Source: Bacteroidota bacterium (GTDB lineage: Bacteria; Bacteroidota; Ignavibacteria; SZUA-365). From it: DNA of 64,000 nt. The translations under genes were made by a program, and so were the position numbers. Positions 10,548 to 20,077 of this stretch are shown here, piece by piece. The stretch covers positions 1,193 to 65,192 of the forward strand of contig QKAF01000015.1 in assembly GCA_003246455.1 (NCBI GenBank). The letters are read 5' to 3'. The notes under the pieces are model-generated. The model worked only from the letters and a program-made list of their open reading frames with translations. It did not search any database and was not told where the DNA came from. Position 1 is the first letter of the stretch; every line of letters starts with the position of its first letter.

Positions 10548-12926
10548 TCAATCGTTCTTGAACATCACCTTGGTCATGCCGGATCCGCCTTCATTCCATT
10601 CCCCGATCATGTACTCCTCGACGAAAGGAATATCGCGCAGATAGGCGTGGACTCGCTGACGCAGCGCCCCGGTGCCCTTCCCATGGATGATGTCGACGCG
10701 CCGAAGTCCCGTCGTCCACGCCTGGTACAGGAATCGGTCGATCTCCCGGATGGCTTCGTCTCCATACATGCCGCGGACATCGATCTCGTTTTTCTCCAGC
10801 GGCTCTTCCACGTGCTGCGTCGAGGCGAACTCTTTCGCCTGCTGCGCCGCGACGCGCTGCAGCCGCTCGAGTCCCACCGAGATACGGAGCGAACCGAAGG
10901 CGACTTCCACCTTGCCGCGCACGGGATCGGACAGGGCAACCCCCTTTGTCGCAGGGCTGTCGCGCATCACGACTTCGTCACCGGAACGGATTGGCAGGGA
11001 CGAGCCAGTACTGCCGTCGGAGACAGGACGCAGTTCGCGCAGTTCCTCCGCGACCTGTGCCTTGGTTTTCTCCACCCTCTCATGGGCCAGGCGGATCGCT
11101 TCTTTCGAAGCCTGTTCCTCCCTGATTCCACGGATCGCCTCTTCGACTGTCGCGTTGGCCTCGAGGAGAATCCGTTCCGCCTCTTCGAGCGAGTGGCGCT
11201 TCAGCTCTTTGGCCTCCTGTTTCATGGCCTTGAGTTTCTGCTCGTACTCCGCCGCGAGCGCAGTGGAGCGTTCTTCCTGCTGTTCGGTGCGGCGCAGGCG
11301 GATCCCGAGTTCCTGCGACTGCCGCTCCACCTCCGCGAGCAGCTGCTCGAGGGCGTCGGACTGCGTACCGCCGATGTCCCGCGCCCGCGCGATGATGGAA
11401 GGATCCATGCCGTGACGGCGGGTGATCTCGAACGCGTAACTGCTGCCGGGGAGACCCGATCTGAAGACATACGTGGGTTCGAGCGTATGGAGATCGAATT
11501 CCATCGCCGCGTTCTGCATGCCTGCCTGTTCATGCGCGAAGGCCTTGAGCATTCCATGGTGCGTTGTCGCGATGACATGCGCCCTGGCGTGGGTCAGCCG
11601 CTCGAGAATCGCGGCGCCCAGGGCGCTGCCTTCCGAGGGATCGGTGCCGGTACCGATCTCGTCGATCAGGACAAGAGACTTCTCCCCGGCGTCATCCACG
11701 ATGCGCGCGAGTCTGCTGATGTGCGAGCTGAACGTGCTCAGATCGTTCTCGAGCGACTGCTCGTCTCCGATATCCACGTGGACGTCGCTGTACACCGGGA
11801 ATTCGCTTTTCGCATCGCAGGGAACCGGTATCCCGCTCTGCACCATCAGCACCATCAGGCCCACGGTCTTCATCGTGACGCTTTTTCCGCCGGCGTTCGG
11901 ACCGGTGATGATAATCGTCGTGGCGTCCTCACCCAGAACGAGATCGAGCGGGATGACATCCTTCATTTTCTTGTGGAGGAGAAGCAGCGGATGCCGGGCA
12001 TGCTGGAGCGAGAGCGCACCGTCCAGTTTCACTTTCGGGCTGGCTCCGAGTACCGCATGCCCGTATCGCGCGCGCGCATAGAGGCTGTCCAGCTCTCCGA
12101 TCAGCGTCGTTGAATGGAGCAGCTGCTGAACGGCATTGCGGAGCCGATCGGTCAGATCGGTCAGGATCGCCGCTACTTCGCGTATCTCCGCGAACTGGAG
12201 ATCCCTGATCTCATTGTTGAGATCCAGCGTTTCGGTCGGCTCGATGTAGACGGTCTGGCCTGATGCCGACGAAGAGTGTACGAAACCCTGGATCTGCCGT
12301 TTGTATTCGGTCTTAACCGGCAGCACCATTCTTCCGTCGCGCATGGTGACAAGTTCCTCCATCACCATTTCGTCTTCCGACACCCGCTTGAGTATGGCCT
12401 CCATGCGGCGTCGCAGCTGGCCGCTTTTCTCGATGATTTCCCGCCGGAGCATGCGCAGCTCCTTGCTGGCGGTATCCTTCACTTTTCCCTCCTGATCGAC
12501 GACTCGGTCGATGTGAAACTCGAGCAGTTTATCCTCGTGCAGGGTTTCTGCCAACTGCCCGAGCAGCGGGAAACGCTCGCTCCGTTTTGCAAAGAAGGAC
12601 TTGAGCTTCCGTCCGGCGATGAGAAGGCGGAGGATTTCGAGAAAGTCCTCGGACGCGATCATGCTTCCCGCCTTGGCCGCGCGGTGGAGAGCCGGGCGCA
12701 TGTCCTCGAGCGCATCGAGCGGCGGTGCATCATCGGCCTCGATCAGTGCCTGCATTTCATCGACGCGGGCGAGCTCGTCACGGACAAGCGCGAACATCGG
12801 CGAGGGTGAGAGCTGCTCCACGCGCTCCCGGCCGAAGAGCGATGCGCAGTGGCCGGCGATGTGCGTGCGGAGCCGGGCGAACTCGAGTTTCAGGGAAGCG
12901 TCAGCGAAGGGGATATGGTCCTGCAC
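10548..12926 (-). CDS. mutS2: Endonuclease MutS2 (MutS domain plus C-terminal Smr)
   Basis: 792 aa. Walker A (ITGPNAGGKS), long coiled-coil and a C-terminal Smr domain (DVRGMYGDEAIREIDRFL...). Confidence 0.9.
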   Translation of the reverse strand: MQDHIPFADASLKLEFARLRTHIAGHCASLFGRERVEQLSPSPMFALVRDELARVDEMQALIEADDAPPLDALEDMRPALHRAAKAGSMIASEDFLEILRLLIAGRKLKSFFAKRSERFPLLGQLAETLHEDKLLEFHIDRVVDQEGKVKDTASKELRMLRREIIEKSGQLRRRMEAILKRVSEDEMVMEELVTMRDGRMVLPVKTEYKRQIQGFVHSSSASGQTVYIEPTETLDLNNEIRDLQFAEIREVAAILTDLTDRLRNAVQQLLHSTTLIGELDSLYARARYGHAVLGASPKVKLDGALSLQHARHPLLLLHKKMKDVIPLDLVLGEDATTIIITGPNAGGKSVTMKTVGLMVLMVQSGIPVPCDAKSEFPVYSDVHVDIGDEQSLENDLSTFSSHISRLARIVDDAGEKSLVLIDEIGTGTDPSEGSALGAAILERLTHARAHVIATTHHGMLKAFAHEQAGMQNAAMEFDLHTLEPTYVFRSGLPGSSYAFEITRRHGMDPSIIARARDIGGTQSDALEQLLAEVERQSQELGIRLRRTEQQEERSTALAAEYEQKLKAMKQEAKELKRHSLEEAERILLEANATVEEAIRGIREEQASKEAIRLAHERVEKTKAQVAEELRELRPVSDGSTGSSLPIRSGDEVVMRDSPATKGVALSDPVRGKVEVAFGSLRISVGLERLQRVAAQQAKEFASTQHVEEPLEKNEIDVRGMYGDEAIREIDRFLYQAWTTGLRRVDIIHGKGTGALRQRVHAYLRDIPFVEEYMIGEWNEGGSGMTKVMFKND

Positions 12927-13010
12927 GAAATAACTCCGGAAGTGTCACGGCGATCTGCCGCGGCGCCTTTCAATGCCGACGCAGCGGATCCGCGGTGTTC
13001 AGGGTGAACG

Positions 13011-13056
13011 TAAAAAAGGAAAAAGGCAAACGTCTGAACGACGCTTGCCTTTTTCA
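13011..13056. terminator. Rho-independent terminator downstream of exbB-exbD-exbD (minus strand), bidirectional-looking
   Basis: aaaaaagg-GGCAAACGTC-tgaac-GACGCTTGCC-tttttc; on the minus strand a G-U pair closes the single mismatch, and U-tracts follow. Confidence 0.7.
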
Positions 13057-13073
13057 AACAAAAAAGAGACGTG

Positions 13074-13487
13074 TCAGAATTTGACAAGCGCCGAGTAATT
13101 GATGCGCAATGCATCGGCACGGCGGAGCTCCTGCTGGACGTCGCTGACGATACCCATTCGGGACCCCTTATCGATGCGCAGGGACATGATGATGTTCGGA
13201 TTGTTCATGCGCTTCTGGTATGCGATGTTGCTGATCGCATCCACAGGGAGAATGGAGTCGTCGATCTGGATGCGTTCGTCTTTCCCGATCCAGATATACG
13301 ACAGCAGTCGCTTGTTATCGATTTTTTCCAGCGCGACGGCTTCAGGCAGCGTGAATTCAACCTGGATATCCACTTCTCGCAGCACGGTGGTGACCATGAA
13401 GAAGATGAGAAGCATGAAAATGATATCCGGCAGCGACGCAGTCGGAATCGTCTGCTGTGTCTGCGCTATTTTCTTTTGAAATTTCAT
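13074..13487 (-). CDS. exbD: ExbD/TolR-family biopolymer transport protein
   Basis: Single N-terminal TM (LPDIIFMLLIFFMVTT) plus a periplasmic domain, typical ExbD. Confidence 0.8.
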   Translation of the reverse strand: MKFQKKIAQTQQTIPTASLPDIIFMLLIFFMVTTVLREVDIQVEFTLPEAVALEKIDNKRLLSYIWIGKDERIQIDDSILPVDAISNIAYQKRMNNPNIIMSLRIDKGSRMGIVSDVQQELRRADALRINYSALVKF

Positions 13488-13508
13488 GTGCGGTCTGCTC
13501 CTGCTTGA

Positions 13509-14018
13509 TTACCCTTCTGCCTGGGTCGGTTCAGCAAGGGAGATACGCTGGGGAATCGCCTTGCGAATATCCTGGATCTGCGATTCGGTGGCTTCGTCCG
13601 CCGGAACGCCGAATTTTTGACGAGAATACTCGTCGCGAAGCTCTCGGTACGCCAGCTTGAGCTGGTCCATCACGCTGATGTAGATGTTATACGGCGTGTC
13701 GCGCACGGTCTTATAACTGATGATCAGCTTCGGATTTGCCTTTATCCGGGCGATGATTTCCGGTTTGATCTGGGGTACACCGATGATCTTCTCATCAAGG
13801 AGCACATCCCCCACCTCGTTGACCAGGAGGTTCGCGATGTTATCGGACTTCACCTGCACCTGCTCCGCATTTTCCACCCATGGAGGCAGCACGAGATCGA
13901 TACCGGTGTCGATATCGATCGTGGTCGTCACCAGGAAGAACAACAGCAGCAGAAAGGAAATGTCCGCCATCGAGCTGGTGGGAATTTCAACAGGCGGTTT
14001 CTTTCTCTTTCGAAACAT
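13509..14018 (-). CDS. exbD: ExbD/TolR-family biopolymer transport protein (second copy)
   Basis: MADISFLLLLFFLVTTT TM helix plus a periplasmic domain; a tandem paralog. Confidence 0.8.
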   Translation of the reverse strand: MFRKRKKPPVEIPTSSMADISFLLLLFFLVTTTIDIDTGIDLVLPPWVENAEQVQVKSDNIANLLVNEVGDVLLDEKIIGVPQIKPEIIARIKANPKLIISYKTVRDTPYNIYISVMDQLKLAYRELRDEYSRQKFGVPADEATESQIQDIRKAIPQRISLAEPTQAEG

Positions 14019-14059
14019 GTGAGATACTCCTTCGGAGTTGGATGAAAAAGGAAGGTGGC

Positions 14060-14758
14060 TTACTTGCTGACCTTCTTGCCTCGCGTAAGGAGCACGAGAG
14101 AATCAATCAGTTCGATCGAGCTTTCTTCCATTTCCACCACCAGCTTATCGATGCGGGAAACGAAGTAGTTGTAGAACACCTGGAGAATCATTGCCACGAT
14201 AAGACCGAAGAGCGTCGTGAGCAGTGCGACGGAGATACCGCTCGCCACGATTTCCGGCGAAATGTTCTTCGCTGCAGCGATGGAGTCAAATGCCTGGATC
14301 ATTCCCTGCACCGTACCGGTGAACCCGAGAAGCGGAGCTATGGAGATGAACGTGGAAATCCAGATCATACCGCGCTCGAGAAACGACATTTCAATCGAGC
14401 CGTAGCTGATGACGGCTTTCTCGGCGGCTTCGATACCTTCATCGGCACGCATGAGACCGGCCTGGAACACGCTGGCGATGGAACCGCTGCTCTTCGAGCA
14501 GACTTCGATCGCACGATCAACGCCGCCTTCGTCAAGACCCTTCTTGACGTCGACGATGAACTTCTTCGTGTTGACGGAAGCGCGTGCGATGGAGATGAAT
14601 TTGAAGATCACGAATGCGAGGCCGAGAACCAGGCATGCGAGAATCGGCCACATGAATCCGCCGCCCTGATTGAATTTTTCAACCAGATAATTGACGACGC
14701 CAGAGTTGTCACCGGCTTCCTGAAGGAGCAGGAGGAAGGTTCCAAGAACATGCTGCAT
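14060..14758 (-). CDS. exbB: MotA/TolQ/ExbB proton-channel protein
   Basis: Three TM helices with the conserved C-terminal region SVALLTTLFGLIVAMI; heads the exbB-exbD-exbD cluster. Confidence 0.85.
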   Translation of the reverse strand: MQHVLGTFLLLLQEAGDNSGVVNYLVEKFNQGGGFMWPILACLVLGLAFVIFKFISIARASVNTKKFIVDVKKGLDEGGVDRAIEVCSKSSGSIASVFQAGLMRADEGIEAAEKAVISYGSIEMSFLERGMIWISTFISIAPLLGFTGTVQGMIQAFDSIAAAKNISPEIVASGISVALLTTLFGLIVAMILQVFYNYFVSRIDKLVVEMEESSIELIDSLVLLTRGKKVSK

Positions 14759-15013
14759 GTTAATATGCCTCCATTAAAAAAAAATATGGGTACAGATTTC
14801 GATCGATGGCATCAGATACCCTTCCGTGCCTCACCGAAGCGGTGATGCATCGGAAGTGCTGTGACTCTGCTTCGGCCTGTTTTGTCCGGCTCGAAACATC
14901 ATATCTAAAATACGCCTCCCTCCAGCGAAACTCAAGCAGGTTTTCATGTAAAATCACATCCCCGGCTCCGCAATTCACGGTCGGAATCCCCGTTGCAGAC
15001 CGCGCGTCGGGCC

Positions 15014-15724
15014 CTATCCGTCGTGGCGCGGTACCTTCAATGCGTCGGAAAACATCTGTGCGACGATGTGGGGCCGCGTGATCGCGGAACCGACAACCAC
15101 GGCGTGCGCGCCCAGGTTGATGGCGTGGCCGGCATGATCCGGATTCCAGATCCGGCCCTCCGCGATGACCGGGATCGTGAGTGCGTTCGAGAGCTCGTGA
15201 ATGAGCGTGAAATCCGGCGTGTGGTAGTCCCTGGCGACCGTGCCCGGCGTGTAGCCCGCGAGCGTGGTCGCCACGAGATCGGCACCGCTTTCCGCGGCGC
15301 GGATGCCTTCACGGAATGTCGCGACATCCGCCCAGAGCAGCGCTTTGAAGCGCTTCCGGACCTGTTCGAAGAACAGGAATCCGTCACTGCCGTCGGGACG
15401 CTTCCGCTTCGTGCCGTCGATCGCCACGATATCGGCACCTGCTTCGAACAGGGCTTCCACATCCGACATCCCTGCCGTGATCAGTGCCGAGCCGTCTTCG
15501 TAGCTGCCCTGGGTGAATCCGATGATCGGCAGTCGTGTACGCGATCGGATGCTGCGCACGTTCTCCACGCCCTCAATGCGTATTCCCACTGCCCCGCCCC
15601 GCTCGGCCGCTCGCACGAAATACGCGAGCAGATCCGGCATCGTCTCCTTTTCCTCTTCGTCGACATGGCAGGAAACGATCAGTCCGTGCTGAAGCGCCGT
15701 GATTTTTTCATTGACAAACGACAT
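15014..15724 (-). CDS. nanE: N-acylglucosamine-6-phosphate 2-epimerase (NanE)
   Basis: GLIVSCHV...GGAVGIRIEG...LPIIGF...ITAGMSDVEALFEAGADIVAIDGTKRKRPDG parallels the NanE TIM-barrel motifs. Confidence 0.75.
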   Translation of the reverse strand: MSFVNEKITALQHGLIVSCHVDEEEKETMPDLLAYFVRAAERGGAVGIRIEGVENVRSIRSRTRLPIIGFTQGSYEDGSALITAGMSDVEALFEAGADIVAIDGTKRKRPDGSDGFLFFEQVRKRFKALLWADVATFREGIRAAESGADLVATTLAGYTPGTVARDYHTPDFTLIHELSNALTIPVIAEGRIWNPDHAGHAINLGAHAVVVGSAITRPHIVAQMFSDALKVPRHDG

Positions 15725-15748
15725 GCGAATCTCCGGTGAAAGGATGTG

Positions 15749-16489
15749 CTATGCGATGGCCCGAAGGAGCGAGGCTCCAGCCCAGACCGCGGCCGCTAGC
15801 AGCAGCCAGAACGGCAGCTGCTGGAAGAACAGGGTGCGATAGCGGACGCCGTGGACCCGGAATCCGAACGGAAGCAGCAGCATGCTCCACGGAACGGAAA
15901 TCATGGCCGGAATGCCCAGTAGCCAGAACGGAACAGGCATGAACTGCCAGGGTGACGGATTCGTCGAAAACAGGATCAGTCCGAACACGCCCAGCTGTAC
16001 GGGGAGAATGACGACCGACGCCCACATGACAGGTGTGAGGCTCCAGGCAATCCAGGCCGCTGCGTCCCTGTACCGAAGCCGTACTCCGGAGCCGAGCCGG
16101 AACAGCAGCCGCAGCACCAGGGTCGCACCCGAGAGCAGCATCAGTCCGACAACGGGCCCCGCCAGCAGGATGCCCGTCACCACGTACCCGAAAAGGATGC
16201 GACTGTCGCCTGTCCGCGCGACGAACAGCATCGCCGCAAAAAGGATAGGCCCGCAGAGAGCGAAGAGCAGATGGGTGTAATTCTTCTGCTCGCTGCGGCC
16301 TATTCGGAGGACTGTACGCCCCGGCTGCTCGAGCATGCCCCAGAGCGTGGAAAAAAGGTCGAGCGCGGGAACCCGGTCCCGGACAAACGCCCCACAGCCG
16401 GAGCAGCGGCTCCGAAGCGTGAAGTTTTCCGTCCCGCAGGAAGGACACGGGTCCGTCCACGCCTGCAGGTTGTCCGGCTGCATACTCAC
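15749..16489 (-). CDS. Hypothetical membrane protein with an N-terminal zinc ribbon
   Basis: CPSCGTENF...CSGCG (CxxC...CxxC), then about five hydrophobic helices. No recognisable family. Confidence 0.5.
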   Translation of the reverse strand: MSMQPDNLQAWTDPCPSCGTENFTLRSRCSGCGAFVRDRVPALDLFSTLWGMLEQPGRTVLRIGRSEQKNYTHLLFALCGPILFAAMLFVARTGDSRILFGYVVTGILLAGPVVGLMLLSGATLVLRLLFRLGSGVRLRYRDAAAWIAWSLTPVMWASVVILPVQLGVFGLILFSTNPSPWQFMPVPFWLLGIPAMISVPWSMLLLPFGFRVHGVRYRTLFFQQLPFWLLLAAAVWAGASLLRAIA

Positions 16490-16527
16490 CCGTCTGTTCC
16501 AGAACGTCCGGGTTGTTCAGTCACGTT

Positions 16528-19500
16528 TTACTCTCCGTGACAGTTCTTGTACTTCTTCCCGCTTCCGCAGGGACAGGGATCGTTTCGCCCGGGGCGTTTT
16601 TCGACGCGGATCGGCTGCTGCTTCCCCGCCGTCGCCTCTGAAGGAGCCTCGTGGCCGGGCATGGCGGGCTGGTTGCCGCTGAAGCCCATGCCTTCCGACG
16701 ACTGATGGCTCGTGACCAGATCGGAGACGCGCGGTCCGCGGGGACGCTGCGGCATCTGCTCCCGGACAGGATACAGACGAAACACCATGCCGAGCACCTC
16801 ACGGTTGATCATTCCGAGCATCTGCACGAACAGGTCAAAGGCTTCGCGCTTGTATTCGATAAGCGGATCTTTTTGCCCGTACGCCCGCATGTGGATGCCT
16901 TCCTTCAGGTCGTCCATTTCGCGGAGATGCTCCTTCCACCGGACATCGATCACCTGCAGAATGGCCATGCGCATGAGCTGCTGCATGAGATCCTGCCCGA
17001 GTTCTTCTTCCTTGCGGCGCAGGAACTCGACGGCGTTCTTCACGATCTGATCGCGAAGCTCCGGAGCGCCCGAGATCGTGAGCCGCTCCTTGTCGAGATC
17101 GAGGTCGACGACCAGGTTGCGCCGTACTTCCTCGCGGAGGGCGTCCATGTCACCCGCTTCCCAGTGCTGATTCGCGATGTCTTCCGCGTACTGGTCGATC
17201 ATCTCGAGAATCTCGTCCTTGAGGTTCTCGCCGATCAGGGCCTGCTTGCGACGGGAATAAATGACCGTTCGCTGCTGGTTCATCACGTCGTCGTATTCGA
17301 GCAGCCGCTTGCGGATTCCGAAGTTGTTTTCCTCGACCTTCCGCTGGGCACGCTCGACAGACTTGGTGATCATGCTGTGCTTGATCACCTCGCCTTCTTC
17401 GACGCCCAGCCGCGTCATCACCGAGGCGATGCGGTCGGATTTGAACAGTCGCATCAGGTCGTCTTCGAGCGAAAGGTAGAAGCGCGAGATGCCCGGATCA
17501 CCCTGGCGTCCGGCGCGGCCGCGCAGCTGCCGGTCGATGCGGCGCGCTTCGTGACGCTCCGTGCCGATGATGACGAGGCCGCCGGCTTCCTTGACGCCCG
17601 GTCCGAGCTTGATATCGGTACCGCGTCCGGCCATGTTGGTGGCGATCGTTACGGCGCCCGGCAGTCCGGCATTTGCGACGATTTCCGCCTCGCGGCGATG
17701 CTGCTTCGCGTTCAGGACGTTGTGGGGGACACCGCGCCGCTTCAGCATGCGGGAGAGCGTTTCGGAAACTTCGACGCTGGTCGTGCCGACGAGCGTCGGC
17801 TGACGGTTGTTCCGGCATTCCTCGATATAATCGATGACCGCGTTGTATTTCTCGCGGCGCGTCTTGTAGATGTGGTCTTCCTGGTCGTCGCGGACAATAT
17901 CCTTGTTGGTCGGAATGACCATGACGTCGAGTTTGTAGATTTCGTAGAATTCGCCGGCTTCGGTTTCCGCCGTTCCCGTCATTCCCGCCAGCTTCTTGTA
18001 GAGACGGAAATAATTCTGCAGCGTGATCGTCGCAAGTGTCTGCGTATCCCCTTCGACCTTGACGTTCTCCTTCGCCTCGATGGCCTGATGCAGACCTTCG
18101 GAATACCGTCGTCCGGGGAGAATGCGGCCCGTGAAGGTATCGACGATCATGACCTTGCCTTCCTGCACGACGTACTCCACGTCCTTCTCATAGAGGCAGT
18201 ATGCCTTCAGGAGCTGATGCACGGTGTGAATGCGGTCGCTGCGCTCTGCATACAGCGACTGAAGCTTGTCCTTCTCCCGCTGCAGATCCTTCGGGTCCTT
18301 GTTCTGCCCCTCGAGCGCGCTGAGTTCGGCGGCGATATCGGGGAGGACGAAGAAGTCGGATTCCTCTTTCGAAGGGGCAAGAAACGCCCGGCCTTTCTCC
18401 GTGAGATCGACGATGTACGTTTTTTCGTCGATCGAGAAATAGAGTTCGTCGATGATTTCCGGCATGCGTCGCGCGTTGTCGGCGCGATAGATGTTTTCCG
18501 TCTTCTGCATCAGCGTCTCGTTTTCGGGATCGCTGAGAATTTTCAGAAGCTTCTTGTTTTTGGGGAGTCCCCTCTGCGCGCGGTAGATCAGGACGCCGGC
18601 TTCGTCGCGCTTCCCTTCCTTCATCAGCCGTTCCGCGTCCGCGAGAATCTTCGCGATGAAGGCGTTCTGCGCGTTCAGGATGCGGTCGACGCGCGGCTTC
18701 ATCTCATCGAACTTGTGATCCGTGTCGCCGACCGGACCGCTGATGATGAGCGGGGTACGCGCTTCGTCGATGAGCACGGAGTCGACCTCATCAACGATGG
18801 CGAAGTTGTGTTCCGGCTGCACCATCTCGCTCGAATCGATCACCATATTGTCGCGCAGGTAGTCGAATCCGAACTCATTGTTGGTGCCGTAGGTGATATC
18901 CATGCCGTAGATTTCGCGCCGCTGCTGCGGGCTCATGTCGTTCTGAATACACCCGACGGTCAGACCGTGGAACGTATAGACCGGGGACATCCATTCGCTG
19001 TCGCGACGTGCAAGGTAGTCGTTGACCGTCACCAGGTGCACGCCCTTGCCGGTCAGCGCATTGAGGAAGACCGGGAGAGTCGCCACGAGGGTCTTTCCTT
19101 CACCCGTCGCCATTTCCGCGATCTTGCCCTGGTGAATGGCGATACCGCCGATGAGCTGCACGTCGAACGGCACCATGTTCCAGGTGACCTTGTTGTCAAC
19201 CACGATGTATTCATGCCCGACCAGTCGACGGCAGGTATCCTTGACCACCGCGAATGCCTCGGGAAGTATATCATCGAGCACATCCTCGCTCGTTTCGTGC
19301 AGCTCCTCACGGAGTTTCTTGAGCTTTTCGTGGAGACCGTCACGGTCGATCCCTTCCTTGTCCTCGCGAAGCTCCGCGAGTATGTCCTGGATTTCTTTTT
19401 CGATTTCCGCGGTCGCTTCACGGATCCTGTCGCGGAATCCCTGCGTTTTCGCACGGAGTTCGTCGTCGGTCAGTGACTGAAGCGTTTCATAATGCGCATT

Positions 19501-19584
19501 GATTTCATCGACGATGGGCTGGACTTCCCTCACGTCGCGGTCATGCTTGCCCCCGCCGAAGATACGGGATATGAGATTCATCAT
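16528..19584 (-). CDS. secA: Preprotein translocase ATPase SecA
   Basis: 1018 aa with DEAD motor domains and a C-terminal zinc finger (CPCGSGKKYKNCHG). Confidence 0.95.
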   Translation of the reverse strand: MMNLISRIFGGGKHDRDVREVQPIVDEINAHYETLQSLTDDELRAKTQGFRDRIREATAEIEKEIQDILAELREDKEGIDRDGLHEKLKKLREELHETSEDVLDDILPEAFAVVKDTCRRLVGHEYIVVDNKVTWNMVPFDVQLIGGIAIHQGKIAEMATGEGKTLVATLPVFLNALTGKGVHLVTVNDYLARRDSEWMSPVYTFHGLTVGCIQNDMSPQQRREIYGMDITYGTNNEFGFDYLRDNMVIDSSEMVQPEHNFAIVDEVDSVLIDEARTPLIISGPVGDTDHKFDEMKPRVDRILNAQNAFIAKILADAERLMKEGKRDEAGVLIYRAQRGLPKNKKLLKILSDPENETLMQKTENIYRADNARRMPEIIDELYFSIDEKTYIVDLTEKGRAFLAPSKEESDFFVLPDIAAELSALEGQNKDPKDLQREKDKLQSLYAERSDRIHTVHQLLKAYCLYEKDVEYVVQEGKVMIVDTFTGRILPGRRYSEGLHQAIEAKENVKVEGDTQTLATITLQNYFRLYKKLAGMTGTAETEAGEFYEIYKLDVMVIPTNKDIVRDDQEDHIYKTRREKYNAVIDYIEECRNNRQPTLVGTTSVEVSETLSRMLKRRGVPHNVLNAKQHRREAEIVANAGLPGAVTIATNMAGRGTDIKLGPGVKEAGGLVIIGTERHEARRIDRQLRGRAGRQGDPGISRFYLSLEDDLMRLFKSDRIASVMTRLGVEEGEVIKHSMITKSVERAQRKVEENNFGIRKRLLEYDDVMNQQRTVIYSRRKQALIGENLKDEILEMIDQYAEDIANQHWEAGDMDALREEVRRNLVVDLDLDKERLTISGAPELRDQIVKNAVEFLRRKEEELGQDLMQQLMRMAILQVIDVRWKEHLREMDDLKEGIHMRAYGQKDPLIEYKREAFDLFVQMLGMINREVLGMVFRLYPVREQMPQRPRGPRVSDLVTSHQSSEGMGFSGNQPAMPGHEAPSEATAGKQQPIRVEKRPGRNDPCPCGSGKKYKNCHGE

Positions 19585-19638
19585 TTGTGTCGTTCCTGTG
19601 AATGGTGAAAGGAGATGCTTTGTGAAACCGGGAAGGAA

Positions 19639-19944
19639 TCACATCTCCGCGGGAGCACGGATGGGACGAGCGATCAGGAAACGGCACACCGGGAACGGAG
19701 AGGCCGAATGCACTTCGAAGCGGCGCTTCGGAAGCGAGTACCGGGACCGGTGCCCCGGAGGAAGGGTATTCGTGAACAGCGGCTGCGTCTGCCCTTTGCC
19801 CAGCACGCGATGAAGGCGCGCTTCCGGTATGACGGCTTCGATGATCTGTCTGACCGCTGCCAGCTCGGCACGCTGCAGCACGGCGGGATCCGTGTTGAGA
19901 ACCGCCGTGCAGAAGAGCGAAAACGTGAAGACAAAGCCGGTCAT
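19639..19944 (-). CDS. Possible small hypothetical protein in the secA upstream region
   Basis: 101-aa ORF inside a 490-bp intergenic gap. The N-terminal half is helix-like (AVLQRAELAAVRQIIEAVIPEARLHRVLG). No homology recognised; it may be non-coding. Confidence 0.25.
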   Translation of the reverse strand: MTGFVFTFSLFCTAVLNTDPAVLQRAELAAVRQIIEAVIPEARLHRVLGKGQTQPLFTNTLPPGHRSRYSLPKRRFEVHSASPFPVCRFLIARPIRAPAEM

Positions 19945-20030
19945 GACAGAATGCGCTGTTTCAGGTAAAAAATAAAAGTACGCGATTTGGGGAGTTCAAA
20001 CAAGGCAGGAAAACAGCGCGGAGAATGCGA

Positions 20031-20054
20031 TCCCGGCTTCAGGTCCGAAGCCGG
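20031..20054 (-). terminator. Putative terminator hairpin 24 nt downstream of the 575-aa gene
   Basis: Perfect 9-bp inverted repeat CCCGGCTTC-aggtcc-GAAGCCGGG. The U-tract on the minus strand is only moderate. Confidence 0.4.
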
Positions 20055-20077
20055 GAGGAAAAGGCGCCGCGCCGCAA

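Noticed and set aside
14759-15013. 72-aa ORF and hairpins in the nanE-exbB intergenic region as a possible small gene or riboswitch
   Set aside because: The ORF has no protein-like composition. The hairpins CCGAAGC...GCTTCGG and CCGCGC...GCGCGG are short with long loops. The region is best interpreted as nanE 3' UTR plus the exbB promoter.
15749-16460. Two overlapping same-strand ORFs (15708-16460 and 15749-16489) in different frames
   Set aside because: The frame with the N-terminal Zn ribbon and five clear hydrophobic helices (15749-16489) was kept. The other frame is Pro/Arg/Gly-rich with no membrane or domain character.
16651-19476. 941-aa plus-strand ORF antisense to secA
   Set aside because: The opposite strand is a full-length SecA with its zinc finger. 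The antisense ORF is typical of a high-GC genome and shows no motif.
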